The position numbers and the translations under genes are program-made. Shown piece after piece: positions 18,486 through 26,450 of a stretch of 64,000 nt of DNA; within the stretch, counting starts at the first letter, position 1, and each line of letters starts with the position of its first letter. The DNA comes from a virus (lineage: Duplodnaviria > Caudoviricetes): IMG/VR virus record IMGVR_UViG_3300043960_000133, positions 25,205 through 89,204 of that record, one strand, 5' to 3'. The notes beneath the pieces were generated by a model. The model saw only the letters and a program-made list of their open reading frames with translations, was not told the origin of the DNA and ran no database searches.

Positions 18486-18828
18486 TGTAATTGCGTCCTG
18501 GGAGTGCCGGAGCGACTTTTTCCCGGGCTACAACGAGCAAGGCGACCCGCGGGGCAGCTTGCCCAACGGCGACTATACCCATGTGAGCGCGGAAATCACG
18601 GACGGGGCGTACGGTCCGGCGTACGGAAATTTTTATATCACGAGCGGCGACCCGCGCGGCCGGGACATCCACGGCGGCGGCAGCGACCTGGACGACCCCT
18701 ACGCGGATTATCAGGGATGGGAGCCGACATATGGGTGCCTGCGGATGCAAAACGCGGACGGCGTAGAATTGTCCAGAATGATTATTGATAACGGCAACGA
18801 TGTATTGTTAACCGTGAGGGATGAATAA
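18421..18828 (+). CDS. YkuD/L,D-transpeptidase-like protein, putative endolysin
   Basis: IHGGG...PTYGCLRM matches the His/Cys catalytic motif of the YkuD fold; RBS GGAAGGAG supports start 18421. Confidence 0.65.
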   Translation: MLQEIQFQRNKQRIYAMDENYNVIASWECRSDFFPGYNEQGDPRGSLPNGDYTHVSAEITDGAYGPAYGNFYITSGDPRGRDIHGGGSDLDDPYADYQGWEPTYGCLRMQNADGVELSRMIIDNGNDVLLTVRDE

Positions 18829-19297
18829 ATGGGGGTTGAAGAAATTGCTGAAATTAAAAACCGTTTGCGCTGCCTGCTGCCTGTCATTGCTGCTGTGTGC
18901 ATTGCCCTGTTATGCGGCGCCGCCATTGGATACCAGTACCGCGCCAGGGAAGATGTATACGTTGAGCGAGCAGGAGTTAACGACGTTGGAAACGAACTCG
19001 AACGAGTTGGCGAAAATCAACGAACAATTACGGAAAACCTGCAACGGGCAGGAAGTACAGTTAACGACCTTGCGGGAACAGTTAACGCAAGCGCAGGAAC
19101 TGTCACTGAAATTGAAAAGTCAAATCGACAGCTTGACAGCGCAATCAGCAGAGCAACAGAACTTAATCGAGAAAACCAACAGATTATTGCAAAAATCCGC
19201 GCAAGAGGAAAAACGAACCCGGCGTCGGATTAAACGGCAGCGGAACGCCTGGGAAGCCGCTGCCGCCCTGCTTGCTTGCGTTGCAATCAAAAAATAA
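18821..19297 (+). CDS. Overlapping signal-peptide + coiled-coil protein, second spanin-like candidate
   Basis: Basic N-terminus + hydrophobic signal (CYA|APP), long coiled coil, C-terminal hydrophobic AWEAAAALLACVAIKK; fully contains 18829..19233 in another frame. Confidence 0.55.
   Translation: MNKWGLKKLLKLKTVCAACCLSLLLCALPCYAAPPLDTSTAPGKMYTLSEQELTTLETNSNELAKINEQLRKTCNGQEVQLTTLREQLTQAQELSLKLKSQIDSLTAQSAEQQNLIEKTNRLLQKSAQEEKRTRRRIKRQRNAWEAAAALLACVAIKK
18829..19233 (+). CDS. Putative i-spanin-like protein (N-terminal TM + coiled coil)
   Basis: TM LLPVIAAVCIALLCGAAIGY followed by a heptad-rich region; GAGG 9 nt upstream; starts right after the upstream stop. Confidence 0.6.
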   Translation: MGVEEIAEIKNRLRCLLPVIAAVCIALLCGAAIGYQYRAREDVYVERAGVNDVGNELERVGENQRTITENLQRAGSTVNDLAGTVNASAGTVTEIEKSNRQLDSAISRATELNRENQQIIAKIRARGKTNPASD

Positions 19298-19361
19298 TTC
19301 GTTGCAACGAAAATGCAACGAGAAAATTGAATTGAATTGAATTGAGCAGAATAACGTATTA

Positions 19362-19390
19362 CGCCCGCATAAAGCGGGCGCTTTTTTATT
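19362..19390 (+). terminator. Intrinsic terminator ending late/lysis operon of phage 1
   Basis: CGCCCGC-ATAAA-GCGGGCG + CTTTTTTATT. Confidence 0.8.
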
Positions 19391-19541
19391 TCCCGCGAAA
19401 AAAAATCGCGCGTTTAAATCGTTTTACAGCATTTTTATTTTTTGCCCGCTTGTGATTCATCGCATAAAACGGAAAACGCGTCAAAAAGCGTTCAAAAGCG
19501 CAATAGGGGCAAACGGCAATTTTCAGAATTGTTTCAGAAAA

Positions 19542-19608
19542 TATACGTATAAAATTTTAAAAAATATACGTATAAACTCTTGTAATTTATACGTATATGT
19601 GGTACTAT
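19542..19608 (+). promoter_or_regulatory. Sigma70-type promoter with three palindromic operators
   Basis: TTGTAA (19580-85), 17 bp, TACTAT (19603-08) with TGn extension; TATACGTATA at 19542, 19565 and 19588. Confidence 0.8.
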
Positions 19609-19689
19609 ATAGTCACAGGGAAGAAGAAAAGCCCTGAAGAACTTGAGAACGGCACCGGAAAACGGAAGCCGTCAAAGGAGGACAAAACC

Positions 19690-19935
19690 ATGAAGGAAAT
19701 CAAAGGATTGCAGGAAGCATGGGAAGAAATCAAAAGCTGCCCGAAGAGAAGAGATTGCTATTACGAAGTGTTTTTAAATCGGCAGACCGGAGAGGTTTCC
19801 GCCAACTTCCAGGTTTCCCTGGGGGCAAACAGCTGGGTCGAATACAAAAACAAAAACGTCGTCAAGGTTGGTGACTTTAACTGGCAGACAACTAAATCCG
19901 AATTTATCCACGCGATCGACATCGTTGAAAAGTAA
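19690..19935 (+). CDS. Small hypothetical protein (81 aa), first gene of accessory operon
   Basis: RBS AAGGAGG; AT-rich relative to the structural genes. Confidence 0.75.
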   Translation: MKEIKGLQEAWEEIKSCPKRRDCYYEVFLNRQTGEVSANFQVSLGANSWVEYKNKNVVKVGDFNWQTTKSEFIHAIDIVEK

Positions 19936-19938
19936 CAA

Positions 19939-19958
19939 GGTGGGGCGAAAGCCCCACC
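19939..19958 (+). promoter_or_regulatory. GNRA-tetraloop intergenic hairpin
   Basis: GGTGGGGC-GAAA-GCCCCACC, no U-tract (processing, stability or antitermination site?). Confidence 0.5.
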
Positions 19959-19981
19959 ACCATTTGAAAGGAGAGCAAGCC

Positions 19982-20482
19982 ATGGAAGTGAAAGACCTTA
20001 TCAAAAAGTACAACCTGCAAGCTGTCGAGAAAGACGGAAAAATGATGGTGCACACTAGGGCAAGGGTCCCGGCAAAAGACGTTGCAGCCATCAAAGAACA
20101 CCGGGATGAAATCCTGAAAGAAATCCTGGATGCCAAAGAACAGGCAAGAAAGGCCTACGAAGAACGCCAGGCAAAGATTAACGCCATCCCTGGCCTGTCC
20201 GAAATTAAGGCTGAACTGGAAAAAGCTGCCGACTGGCGTAGACGGTTTAATGCCAGTTTTGAAACTGAGGACGGTGGCGGATGGGGTGTGGGGCCTAGAC
20301 CTAACTATGATTTTGACGCAGCCTATAAAAAATACCCACAAGCCCACGCTTATCTGATCGCCGAACAGGAAGCCTATAAAGACAACTATGAACTGGCTGA
20401 AATTGGGCGGAAGGCGCTGGAAAAGGTCATCAACGGCCAACGGGAAGAAGCCGAATTTTGTGAAAAGCACATGTGGGACTAA
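19982..20482 (+). CDS. Hypothetical helical protein (166 aa)
   Basis: RBS AAAGGAG; open frame with plausible composition. Confidence 0.75.
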   Translation: MEVKDLIKKYNLQAVEKDGKMMVHTRARVPAKDVAAIKEHRDEILKEILDAKEQARKAYEERQAKINAIPGLSEIKAELEKAADWRRRFNASFETEDGGGWGVGPRPNYDFDAAYKKYPQAHAYLIAEQEAYKDNYELAEIGRKALEKVINGQREEAEFCEKHMWD

Positions 20483-20498
20483 ATGGGGGGTATAAACC

Positions 20499-20858
20499 AT
20501 GAGTATCGACAAGAAATACGTTTTAGAAATGAAAAAGCTCGCAAGAGCGGAAAAATACAAAGATTTTTACAAATATTGCACAATGAGCGCCGGCGGCAGC
20601 GACATCGCCTCCCTCAGCTACCGGACCAGCGATCCTAAGGAAATCGGAGAAATCGCATTCGGCGAAGATGGCGATTACAAAGCCCATCTGATCGCCGGAG
20701 ACACCGAGGTCCCCAGCCATTACAACCTGGTCTTTGATACGGAATCATCATGGTTGTGGGTTTACGATGACGATGGAAAGATTCTTGATCTGACTAATGA
20801 TGCGGGGTTCCAGATTTATCGGGCGGGGGAAATGGGCCTGCTGATCAGATTCAAATAA
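20499..20858 (+). CDS. Acidic hypothetical protein (119 aa)
   Basis: RBS GGGGGG; D/E-rich; GSDIASL and FGEDGDYKA motifs. Confidence 0.75.
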   Translation: MSIDKKYVLEMKKLARAEKYKDFYKYCTMSAGGSDIASLSYRTSDPKEIGEIAFGEDGDYKAHLIAGDTEVPSHYNLVFDTESSWLWVYDDDGKILDLTNDAGFQIYRAGEMGLLIRFK

Positions 20859-20872
20859 AGGAGCTTAAAATC

Positions 20873-21208
20873 ATGAAAAAAACCATATACGTGAATGACC
20901 CATTAATCAAGCTGAACGAACAAACCACCAACGGCGGGTTTTCCCGCCGCCTGGGGGAAATCGTGGAGCGGTACGACATAATCATGAAATTAACGCCGGA
21001 GCCGCCAAAATTTTCCCCGGAAGAAATGCACGTTTTGGCCGAAGTCCTTGCTGGTGCAAAGATTTCAGCGGGCTTTATTTACTCCCTGGGGTTTGAGGTC
21101 CAGGACAGCGTCCTGGAAACGCCGGAAATCCGGGAAGCTCTTGCAAAAAAAATCGACGGCATGACAGCCGCGGAAAAAATAAAAATGATCGAGGTGTTTC
21201 TCAAATAA
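20873..21208 (+). CDS. Putative ribbon-helix-helix DNA-binding protein
   Basis: N-terminal alternating strand KKTIYV followed by helix-turn-helix-like ...GGFSRRLGEIVERY; last gene of the operon. Confidence 0.5.
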   Translation: MKKTIYVNDPLIKLNEQTTNGGFSRRLGEIVERYDIIMKLTPEPPKFSPEEMHVLAEVLAGAKISAGFIYSLGFEVQDSVLETPEIREALAKKIDGMTAAEKIKMIEVFLK

Positions 21209-21212
21209 AGCC

Positions 21213-21238
21213 AGCCGCCGGGTTGTCCGGCGGCTTTA
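21213..21238 (+). terminator. Probable terminator after accessory operon
   Basis: AGCCGCCGG-GTTGT-CCGGCGGCT + TTA; short U-tract. Confidence 0.55.
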
Positions 21239-21414
21239 TACATTGTTATGCATTTTGGCAAATTGGGCTGGGATTGGGCAAAAATCCCGCAAAAAGTCCA
21301 CACGAGCCAGACGTTTTCGAGAGACGAAACGACGGAAAACGGCGTATTTCCTAGCGTTCCGACGTTTTTCGTATTATCCCGATAGGACGTTCCGGCATGC
21401 CGGAGATGATGTAA

Positions 21415-21774
21415 ATGCCCAGAAGACCGAAGACGCCCTGCAAATATCCGGGCTGCCCCAGGCTGGTGCCGTATGGAAGAAAATATTGTGAGGAACATGA
21501 ACGGCAGTGCCAGGGCGACCGGGCTGATGCAGAAACACGTGGCTACGGATGGGAGTGGCAGAAGGCCAGGAAGTTTTTCCTGAAACGTCATCCCTGGTGC
21601 ATCCGCTGCAAAGCAAAAGGCCGTCTCGTCCCGGCAACGGTCGTTGACCATATCAAACCGCATCGCGGTGATGCGAAACTGTTCTGGGACGAAACGAACT
21701 GGCAGCCCCTTTGCAAGAGCTGCCATGACCATAAGACGATGACCGAAGACCGGAACATCGAGTACAAGTACTGA
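21415..21774 (+). CDS. Packaging-associated HNH endonuclease
   Basis: CKYPGC...CEEH; WCIRC...VVDHIKPHRGD...NWQPLCKSCHDHKT. Confidence 0.92.
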   Translation: MPRRPKTPCKYPGCPRLVPYGRKYCEEHERQCQGDRADAETRGYGWEWQKARKFFLKRHPWCIRCKAKGRLVPATVVDHIKPHRGDAKLFWDETNWQPLCKSCHDHKTMTEDRNIEYKY

Positions 21775-21780
21775 ATCCGT

Positions 21781-21875
21781 CCGTAGGGCGGGGGGATGCA
21801 AATCTCTGCAGCCCTTCCGTCCATGACCGCCGCCCCCTCAAACGTGAAAAAACGCGAAATTCCATAGGGGGGATA
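21781..21875 (+). other. Putative cos/packaging-initiation region of phage 2
   Basis: GC-rich GGGCGGGGGG...ACCGCCGCCCCCTCAAAC...CGCGAAATT tract just after HNH, where HK97-like cos sites usually lie. Confidence 0.4.
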
Positions 21876-21959
21876 CCAGCGGATTTTTAAATGAAATTTT
21901 GGACAGCTCCAAGCGATGAACGCCTGGAGCTTTTTTGTTGTTGGAAAGGAGCCAGCTTT

Positions 21960-22148
21960 ATGGATGACTGTCAGCGTCGGCAGATAGAAACGATGCGAAA
22001 AAAGGGGATGGGCTATAAAGCCATCGCCCGGGAAACAAAGCTGTCACGGGACAGCGTACGGAATTACTGCCGCTGGCATCACCTGAACGGGTACGGCGCT
22101 GCCGTTGCCGCGGCATTCGGAAAGGAAACGGTACATGAAGACATCTGA
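21960..22148 (+). CDS. Small HTH protein
   Basis: KGMGYKAIARETKLSRDSVRNYCR helix-turn-helix pattern. Confidence 0.65.
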   Translation: MDDCQRRQIETMRKKGMGYKAIARETKLSRDSVRNYCRWHHLNGYGAAVAAAFGKETVHEDI

Positions 22149-23373
22149 TATGGAATGGAAAACCCTGCCCATCGGGCAGCTGAAACCTGCGGCCTACAAT
22201 CCCAGGAAACAGCTGAAGCCCGGCGACAAGGAATACGAAAAAATCAAGAACTCCATCAAGGAATTCGGCTACGTGGAACCCATCATCGTCAACTACGACA
22301 TGACAGTCATCGGCGGCCATCAGCGGCTCAATGTGCTGAAGGACTTGGGGTATGAAGATGTCCAGTGCGTGGTTGTCCATATCGAGGACGAACACAAGGT
22401 CAAGGCCCTTAACATCGCGCTCAATAAAATCACAGGTGCCTGGAACGAACAGCTACTGGCTGACCTTATCGTGGATTTGCAGAGTGTCGATTTTAATGTG
22501 GATTTGACGGGTTTCGAGACCCCGGAAGTAGAACAGCTCTTTTCCAAAGTCCACAACAAGAAAGTCAAGGAAGATGACTTCGATGTGGATGGGGAGCTGG
22601 AAAAGCCGACTTTTTCCAGAAGCGGCGATATCTGGCTCCTCGGTGAACACCGCGTCATCTGCGGGGATGCCACCCTGCCGGAAACCTATGCAAGGCTGAT
22701 GGACGGGAAGAAGGCAAACCTGGTACTGACGGACCCGCCGTACAACGTCAACGTGGAAGAAACGGCCGGGAAAATCAAGAACGACAATATGCCGGATGAT
22801 AAGTTCTACCAGTTCCTGTTCAGCGCTTTTGTAAACATGGAACAGAATATGGAGCCTGATGCTTCCATCTATGTGTTCCATGCCGATACACAGGGCCTGA
22901 ATTTCCGTAAGGCTTTCAAGGATGCCGGCTTTTACCTGTCCGGGTGCTGCATCTGGAAGAAGAACGCCCTGGTTCTGGGCCGGAGCCCGTACCAGTGGCA
23001 GCACGAGCCGTGCTTGTTCGGCTGGAAACTGAACGGGAAACACCAGTGGTATTCTGACCGCAAACAGACGACTATCTGGGAATATGACCGGCCGAAAGTC
23101 AGCAAGGAACATCCGACCATGAAGCCGGTGTCCCTGATGGCCTATCCCATCCAGAATTCATCCATGAGTCACTGCATTGTCCTAGACCCGTTTCTCGGGT
23201 CCGGATCCACCCTTATGGCCTGCCAGCAGACAGACCGTATCTGCTACGGCATCGAATTGGACGAGAAGTTCGTTGATGTCATTGTGAAACGGTACATCGA
23301 ACAGGCAGGAAGTGATGGTGTATTTGTGGTACGTGGAAATGAGAAAATTCCCTATGATAAAGTGCAGAAATGA
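22135..23373 (+). CDS. ParB-N domain + N6/N4 DNA methyltransferase (orphan)
   Basis: N-terminal YNPRK...FGYVEPIIVN...GGHQR (ParB-like); TDPPY and DPFLGSGST MTase motifs. Confidence 0.9.
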   Translation: MKTSDMEWKTLPIGQLKPAAYNPRKQLKPGDKEYEKIKNSIKEFGYVEPIIVNYDMTVIGGHQRLNVLKDLGYEDVQCVVVHIEDEHKVKALNIALNKITGAWNEQLLADLIVDLQSVDFNVDLTGFETPEVEQLFSKVHNKKVKEDDFDVDGELEKPTFSRSGDIWLLGEHRVICGDATLPETYARLMDGKKANLVLTDPPYNVNVEETAGKIKNDNMPDDKFYQFLFSAFVNMEQNMEPDASIYVFHADTQGLNFRKAFKDAGFYLSGCCIWKKNALVLGRSPYQWQHEPCLFGWKLNGKHQWYSDRKQTTIWEYDRPKVSKEHPTMKPVSLMAYPIQNSSMSHCIVLDPFLGSGSTLMACQQTDRICYGIELDEKFVDVIVKRYIEQAGSDGVFVVRGNEKIPYDKVQK

Positions 23374-23434
23374 CTTGCTATTATCGGCGTTCAGAGTGAT
23401 ATATGTACTAGCAAAACAAGGAGGTACATAGCCC

Positions 23435-24268
23435 ATGACAATCCATACCAATCTGAATGACCGAAAAGAACTGGCCAGACGGCTGATTCCATTTAACCAT
23501 AACGAAAAGCTTCACTACGCGGGAACGCCGACCTTCGCCTTCGAAGGGCATGGCTTCCGCATCCTGCGCAGCGGAGAAATTGAATGTGATGATGAAAAGA
23601 CAGAAACTGCCATCACGACTTTCCTGCAGAACGAAGGCCTTCTGCCAATGCCGGAAACAGCACAAGAACCGGAATCAGAATCCATTACAGTGGCGGCACC
23701 CCGGTATGAGCCGGATGTGATGAAAGTCAGCGTCCCGGCGGACGGGATGGGTGGAACGCAGATGCGTAATCTGGTGTTCATGCTCCATGCCCAGCAGTAT
23801 CTGCTGAACCGGGCCGCGGAACACGACAACTTCTGCGTGCCGGACAGTCTGATTGAGGAGCTGAAACGGGAGCCGATAACGGACCCGACTTCCTTCTTTA
23901 CCATCTACCAGAATTACGCAAAAGAAGTACGGGGCTTTACCATTACGTCAGACATGGTGACGTTTCATTTCGCCCTGACCGGGGATGCTGTCAAGAACCG
24001 CGCCCTCGTGGAACTGGCTGCCTTCATGGTTTCCGCAGCAAGGAAAGCGAAACGGATTAATCCCGCCACACGGAAACCGGAGAACGAGAAGTACTATCTG
24101 CGGATGTGGCTCCTGCGCATCGGCATGGGGACGAAGGGGAGCCACGAATCCCGCATGGCGCTCCTTAAGGGGCTCAGCGGCTTCAGCGCCTTCCGCTCGG
24201 AAGAAGAAGCCAGGAAGCATGCGGAACGGCAGAAAGAACGCCGTCAGTTACGGACGGAAAGAGTGTGA
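23435..24268 (+). CDS. Hypothetical protein (277 aa) of phage accessory cluster
   Basis: RBS GGAGG; C-terminal NEKYYLRMWLLRIG resembles the amidoligase C-terminus NEKYAFRCWMLRLG. Confidence 0.7.
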   Translation: MTIHTNLNDRKELARRLIPFNHNEKLHYAGTPTFAFEGHGFRILRSGEIECDDEKTETAITTFLQNEGLLPMPETAQEPESESITVAAPRYEPDVMKVSVPADGMGGTQMRNLVFMLHAQQYLLNRAAEHDNFCVPDSLIEELKREPITDPTSFFTIYQNYAKEVRGFTITSDMVTFHFALTGDAVKNRALVELAAFMVSAARKAKRINPATRKPENEKYYLRMWLLRIGMGTKGSHESRMALLKGLSGFSAFRSEEEARKHAERQKERRQLRTERV

Positions 24269-24394
24269 AACAACGGATAAATTATCAATTTAATTCATAA
24301 TTATTCTCAAAATGACTTGCTATTATGTGCGTTTAGAGTGATATATACAGTACCGAAAGAACACACATACATTTAGGAAGGATGGAGAATAATT

Positions 24395-25288
24395 ATGAAA
24401 ACACTGCACTTTGGAATCGAAATGGAAATGACAGGGATTACAAGAAACCGGGCGGCAAGCCTCATGGCCCGCTTCTTTGGAACAGAAAGCCGCCATGAAG
24501 GCGGAGCCTACGATACCTACACCGCCAAGGATGACCGGGGACGGAAATGGAAAGCCATGAACGACTCCAGCCTAATTCCGCAGAAAAAAGTGAATGGCGA
24601 AATCCTGGATGCGTCCACGAACTACCGCACCGAGGTGGTCAGCCCCATCCTTTCCTACGAAGACATTCCCAAACTGCAGGAGCTGGTGCGGACGCTCCGC
24701 AAGGCCGGGGCCTTCGCCAACAAGTCCTGCGGCATCCACATCCATGTCGGGGCCGAACGGTTCACGGCAAAGACCCTGCGGAATCTGGTAAACATCATGG
24801 CGAGCAAGGAGGACATGATTTACCGCGCTCTCCAGATTAACCCCTCACGGGAACATCGATACTGCCGGAAGACGAACACTCTCTTTCTGAAGGATCTCAA
24901 CCGGAAAAAGTCGGATACGCTCAGCGGCATCGCCGACCTCTGGTATCAGGAAGATCCCTACGGACGGGACCATCACTACAACAGCACCCGCTACCACGGA
25001 CTGAACCTGCATGCCACCTTTACCAAGGGGACGGTCGAGTTCCGCCTTTTCAACGGCACTTTACACGCCGGAGAAATCAAGGCCTACATCCAGTTCTGCC
25101 TGGCGGTTGCCCATCAGGCCCTGACGCAGAAAAAGGCCTCGGCACGGAAGACGGAAACGGACAATGAAAAATACGCCTTCCGATGCTGGATGCTCCGGCT
25201 GGGACTCATCGGTGACGAATTCAAGACCTGCCGGCTCCACTTCCTCAAACACCTTACGGGAAACTCCGCATGGCGCAACGCCGCCTGA
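24395..25288 (+). CDS. Phage amidoligase (COOH-NH2 ligase type 2)
   Basis: FGIEMEM, NDSS, EVVSPIL, SCGIHIHVG, RYHGLNL, TVEFRLF motifs. Confidence 0.85.
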   Translation: MKTLHFGIEMEMTGITRNRAASLMARFFGTESRHEGGAYDTYTAKDDRGRKWKAMNDSSLIPQKKVNGEILDASTNYRTEVVSPILSYEDIPKLQELVRTLRKAGAFANKSCGIHIHVGAERFTAKTLRNLVNIMASKEDMIYRALQINPSREHRYCRKTNTLFLKDLNRKKSDTLSGIADLWYQEDPYGRDHHYNSTRYHGLNLHATFTKGTVEFRLFNGTLHAGEIKAYIQFCLAVAHQALTQKKASARKTETDNEKYAFRCWMLRLGLIGDEFKTCRLHFLKHLTGNSAWRNAA

Positions 25289-25355
25289 AGGGGATAGCCT
25301 CACGGGCAGCTTCAGCTGCCCTTAGGGTGGTAGAAGGGTATTCCCTTCAGAAAGG

Positions 25356-25976
25356 ATGATTGTAATGAACGAAAGATTCTACATTGCCTATGGCAGCAAC
25401 ATGAGCGAAGACCAGATGGCGCGGCGCTGCCCTGACGTCGCCCTGATAGGGACTGGACGGGTAGGCGGATATGAGTTGCTTTTTAAAGGTTCCCTGACCG
25501 GATGTTACGCCACCATCGAGAAGAAAGCGGATGCCTTCGTGCCGGTCGTCTTCTGGCGCATTTCCGCGGCAGACGAAAGACGGCTTGATGTGTACGAGGG
25601 CTTTCCCAAGTTCTACTACAAGAAAACCATTCCCGTTGAAACGGACAAAGGGATCATCCGCGGCCTCGTGTACATCATGCATGAGGAACGGAAATTCGGT
25701 GAGCCAATCGACTGGTACTACCAGAACATGGAGCGGGACTACCGCAAGTTCGGTTTCGACCTCTCCATCCTGCGGAAAGGGCTGACAGAAAGCCGGGTGC
25801 GGACGAAAGGCGCACGTGTGAGGCTGATTTCCATGGACGATGTGCAGGCCCCGCCTGCGGGGACGGAAGGCACAGTCCAGTATGTCGATGATGCCGGCAC
25901 CATCCATGTGCAGTGGGACACGGGCGGCAGCCTAGGCCTTGTGCCGGGAGCAGACGAGTGGGAACTTGTCGAATAA
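25356..25976 (+). CDS. Gamma-glutamylcyclotransferase fused to DUF4314-like domain
   Basis: YIAYGSNM and LDVYEGFP (GGCT); C-terminal RVRLISMDD-QAPPAGTEGTV-VDDAGTIHVQWD. Confidence 0.8.
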   Translation: MIVMNERFYIAYGSNMSEDQMARRCPDVALIGTGRVGGYELLFKGSLTGCYATIEKKADAFVPVVFWRISAADERRLDVYEGFPKFYYKKTIPVETDKGIIRGLVYIMHEERKFGEPIDWYYQNMERDYRKFGFDLSILRKGLTESRVRTKGARVRLISMDDVQAPPAGTEGTVQYVDDAGTIHVQWDTGGSLGLVPGADEWELVE

Positions 25977-26094
25977 TTGTCAGATAATCATCGAAAAATG
26001 ACTTGCTATTATGTCCATTCAGAGTGATATATATACACAACGAAGGGGGCAAGCCCCAGAGATTACAAAGGCACATGAAAGTGAGGAACTTACG

Positions 26095-26289
26095 ATGACG
26101 AGATTCGAAAAAGACTACCACGAAATGCTGAAAGGCGCAGGATTGTACATTTTACAGGGATGCAGAGCTGAAATCCAGAAGCTGAAGAAAGAACAGCGGG
26201 CCTGCAAGAACCGCTTTCGGTTTCAGTGCATCTGCCAGGAACTCAGCCGGCTGGAACGGGAATACGAAGCCCTCGAAGAACTGTACTGA
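26095..26289 (+). CDS. Small coiled-coil hypothetical protein (64 aa)
   Basis: ATG after cassette RBS GAGGAA; followed by a terminator. Confidence 0.65.
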   Translation: MTRFEKDYHEMLKGAGLYILQGCRAEIQKLKKEQRACKNRFRFQCICQELSRLEREYEALEELY

Positions 26290-26303
26290 GGTAAGGGAAA
26301 AAG

Positions 26304-26325
26304 GAGGCCGGAAGGCCTCTTTTCT
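26304..26325 (+). terminator. Intrinsic terminator
   Basis: GAGGCC-GGAA-GGCCTC + TTTT. Confidence 0.65.
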
Positions 26326-26450
26326 CGTAGAAAAAACGCATAAATATCCGAAAAACGACTTGCTATTATGTGCATTTAGAGGGATATATATACACGAAGA
26401 AGGGGACAAGCCCCAAAGAACACGAAGCACATGAAAGCGAGGAATTCACC

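Larger units (their letters stand above)
1..21400 (+). mobile_element. Prophage 1 (HK97-type head, non-contractile tail), late half; right boundary approximate
   Basis: Continuous + strand terL, protease, portal, capsid, tail, tape measure, tail tip, lysis and accessory genes. Its integrase and replication genes are not in the window. Confidence 0.9.

Noticed and set aside
19325-19344. (AATTG)x4 tandem repeat and nearby TGCAACGA duplication
   Set aside because: Short, AT-rich and non-coding, with no supporting context; I could not assign a function or distinguish it from slippage.
21340-21410. Possible tRNA or tmRNA fragment at the prophage junction
   Set aside because: No cloverleaf, T-loop (GTTCRA) or CCA end could be identified.
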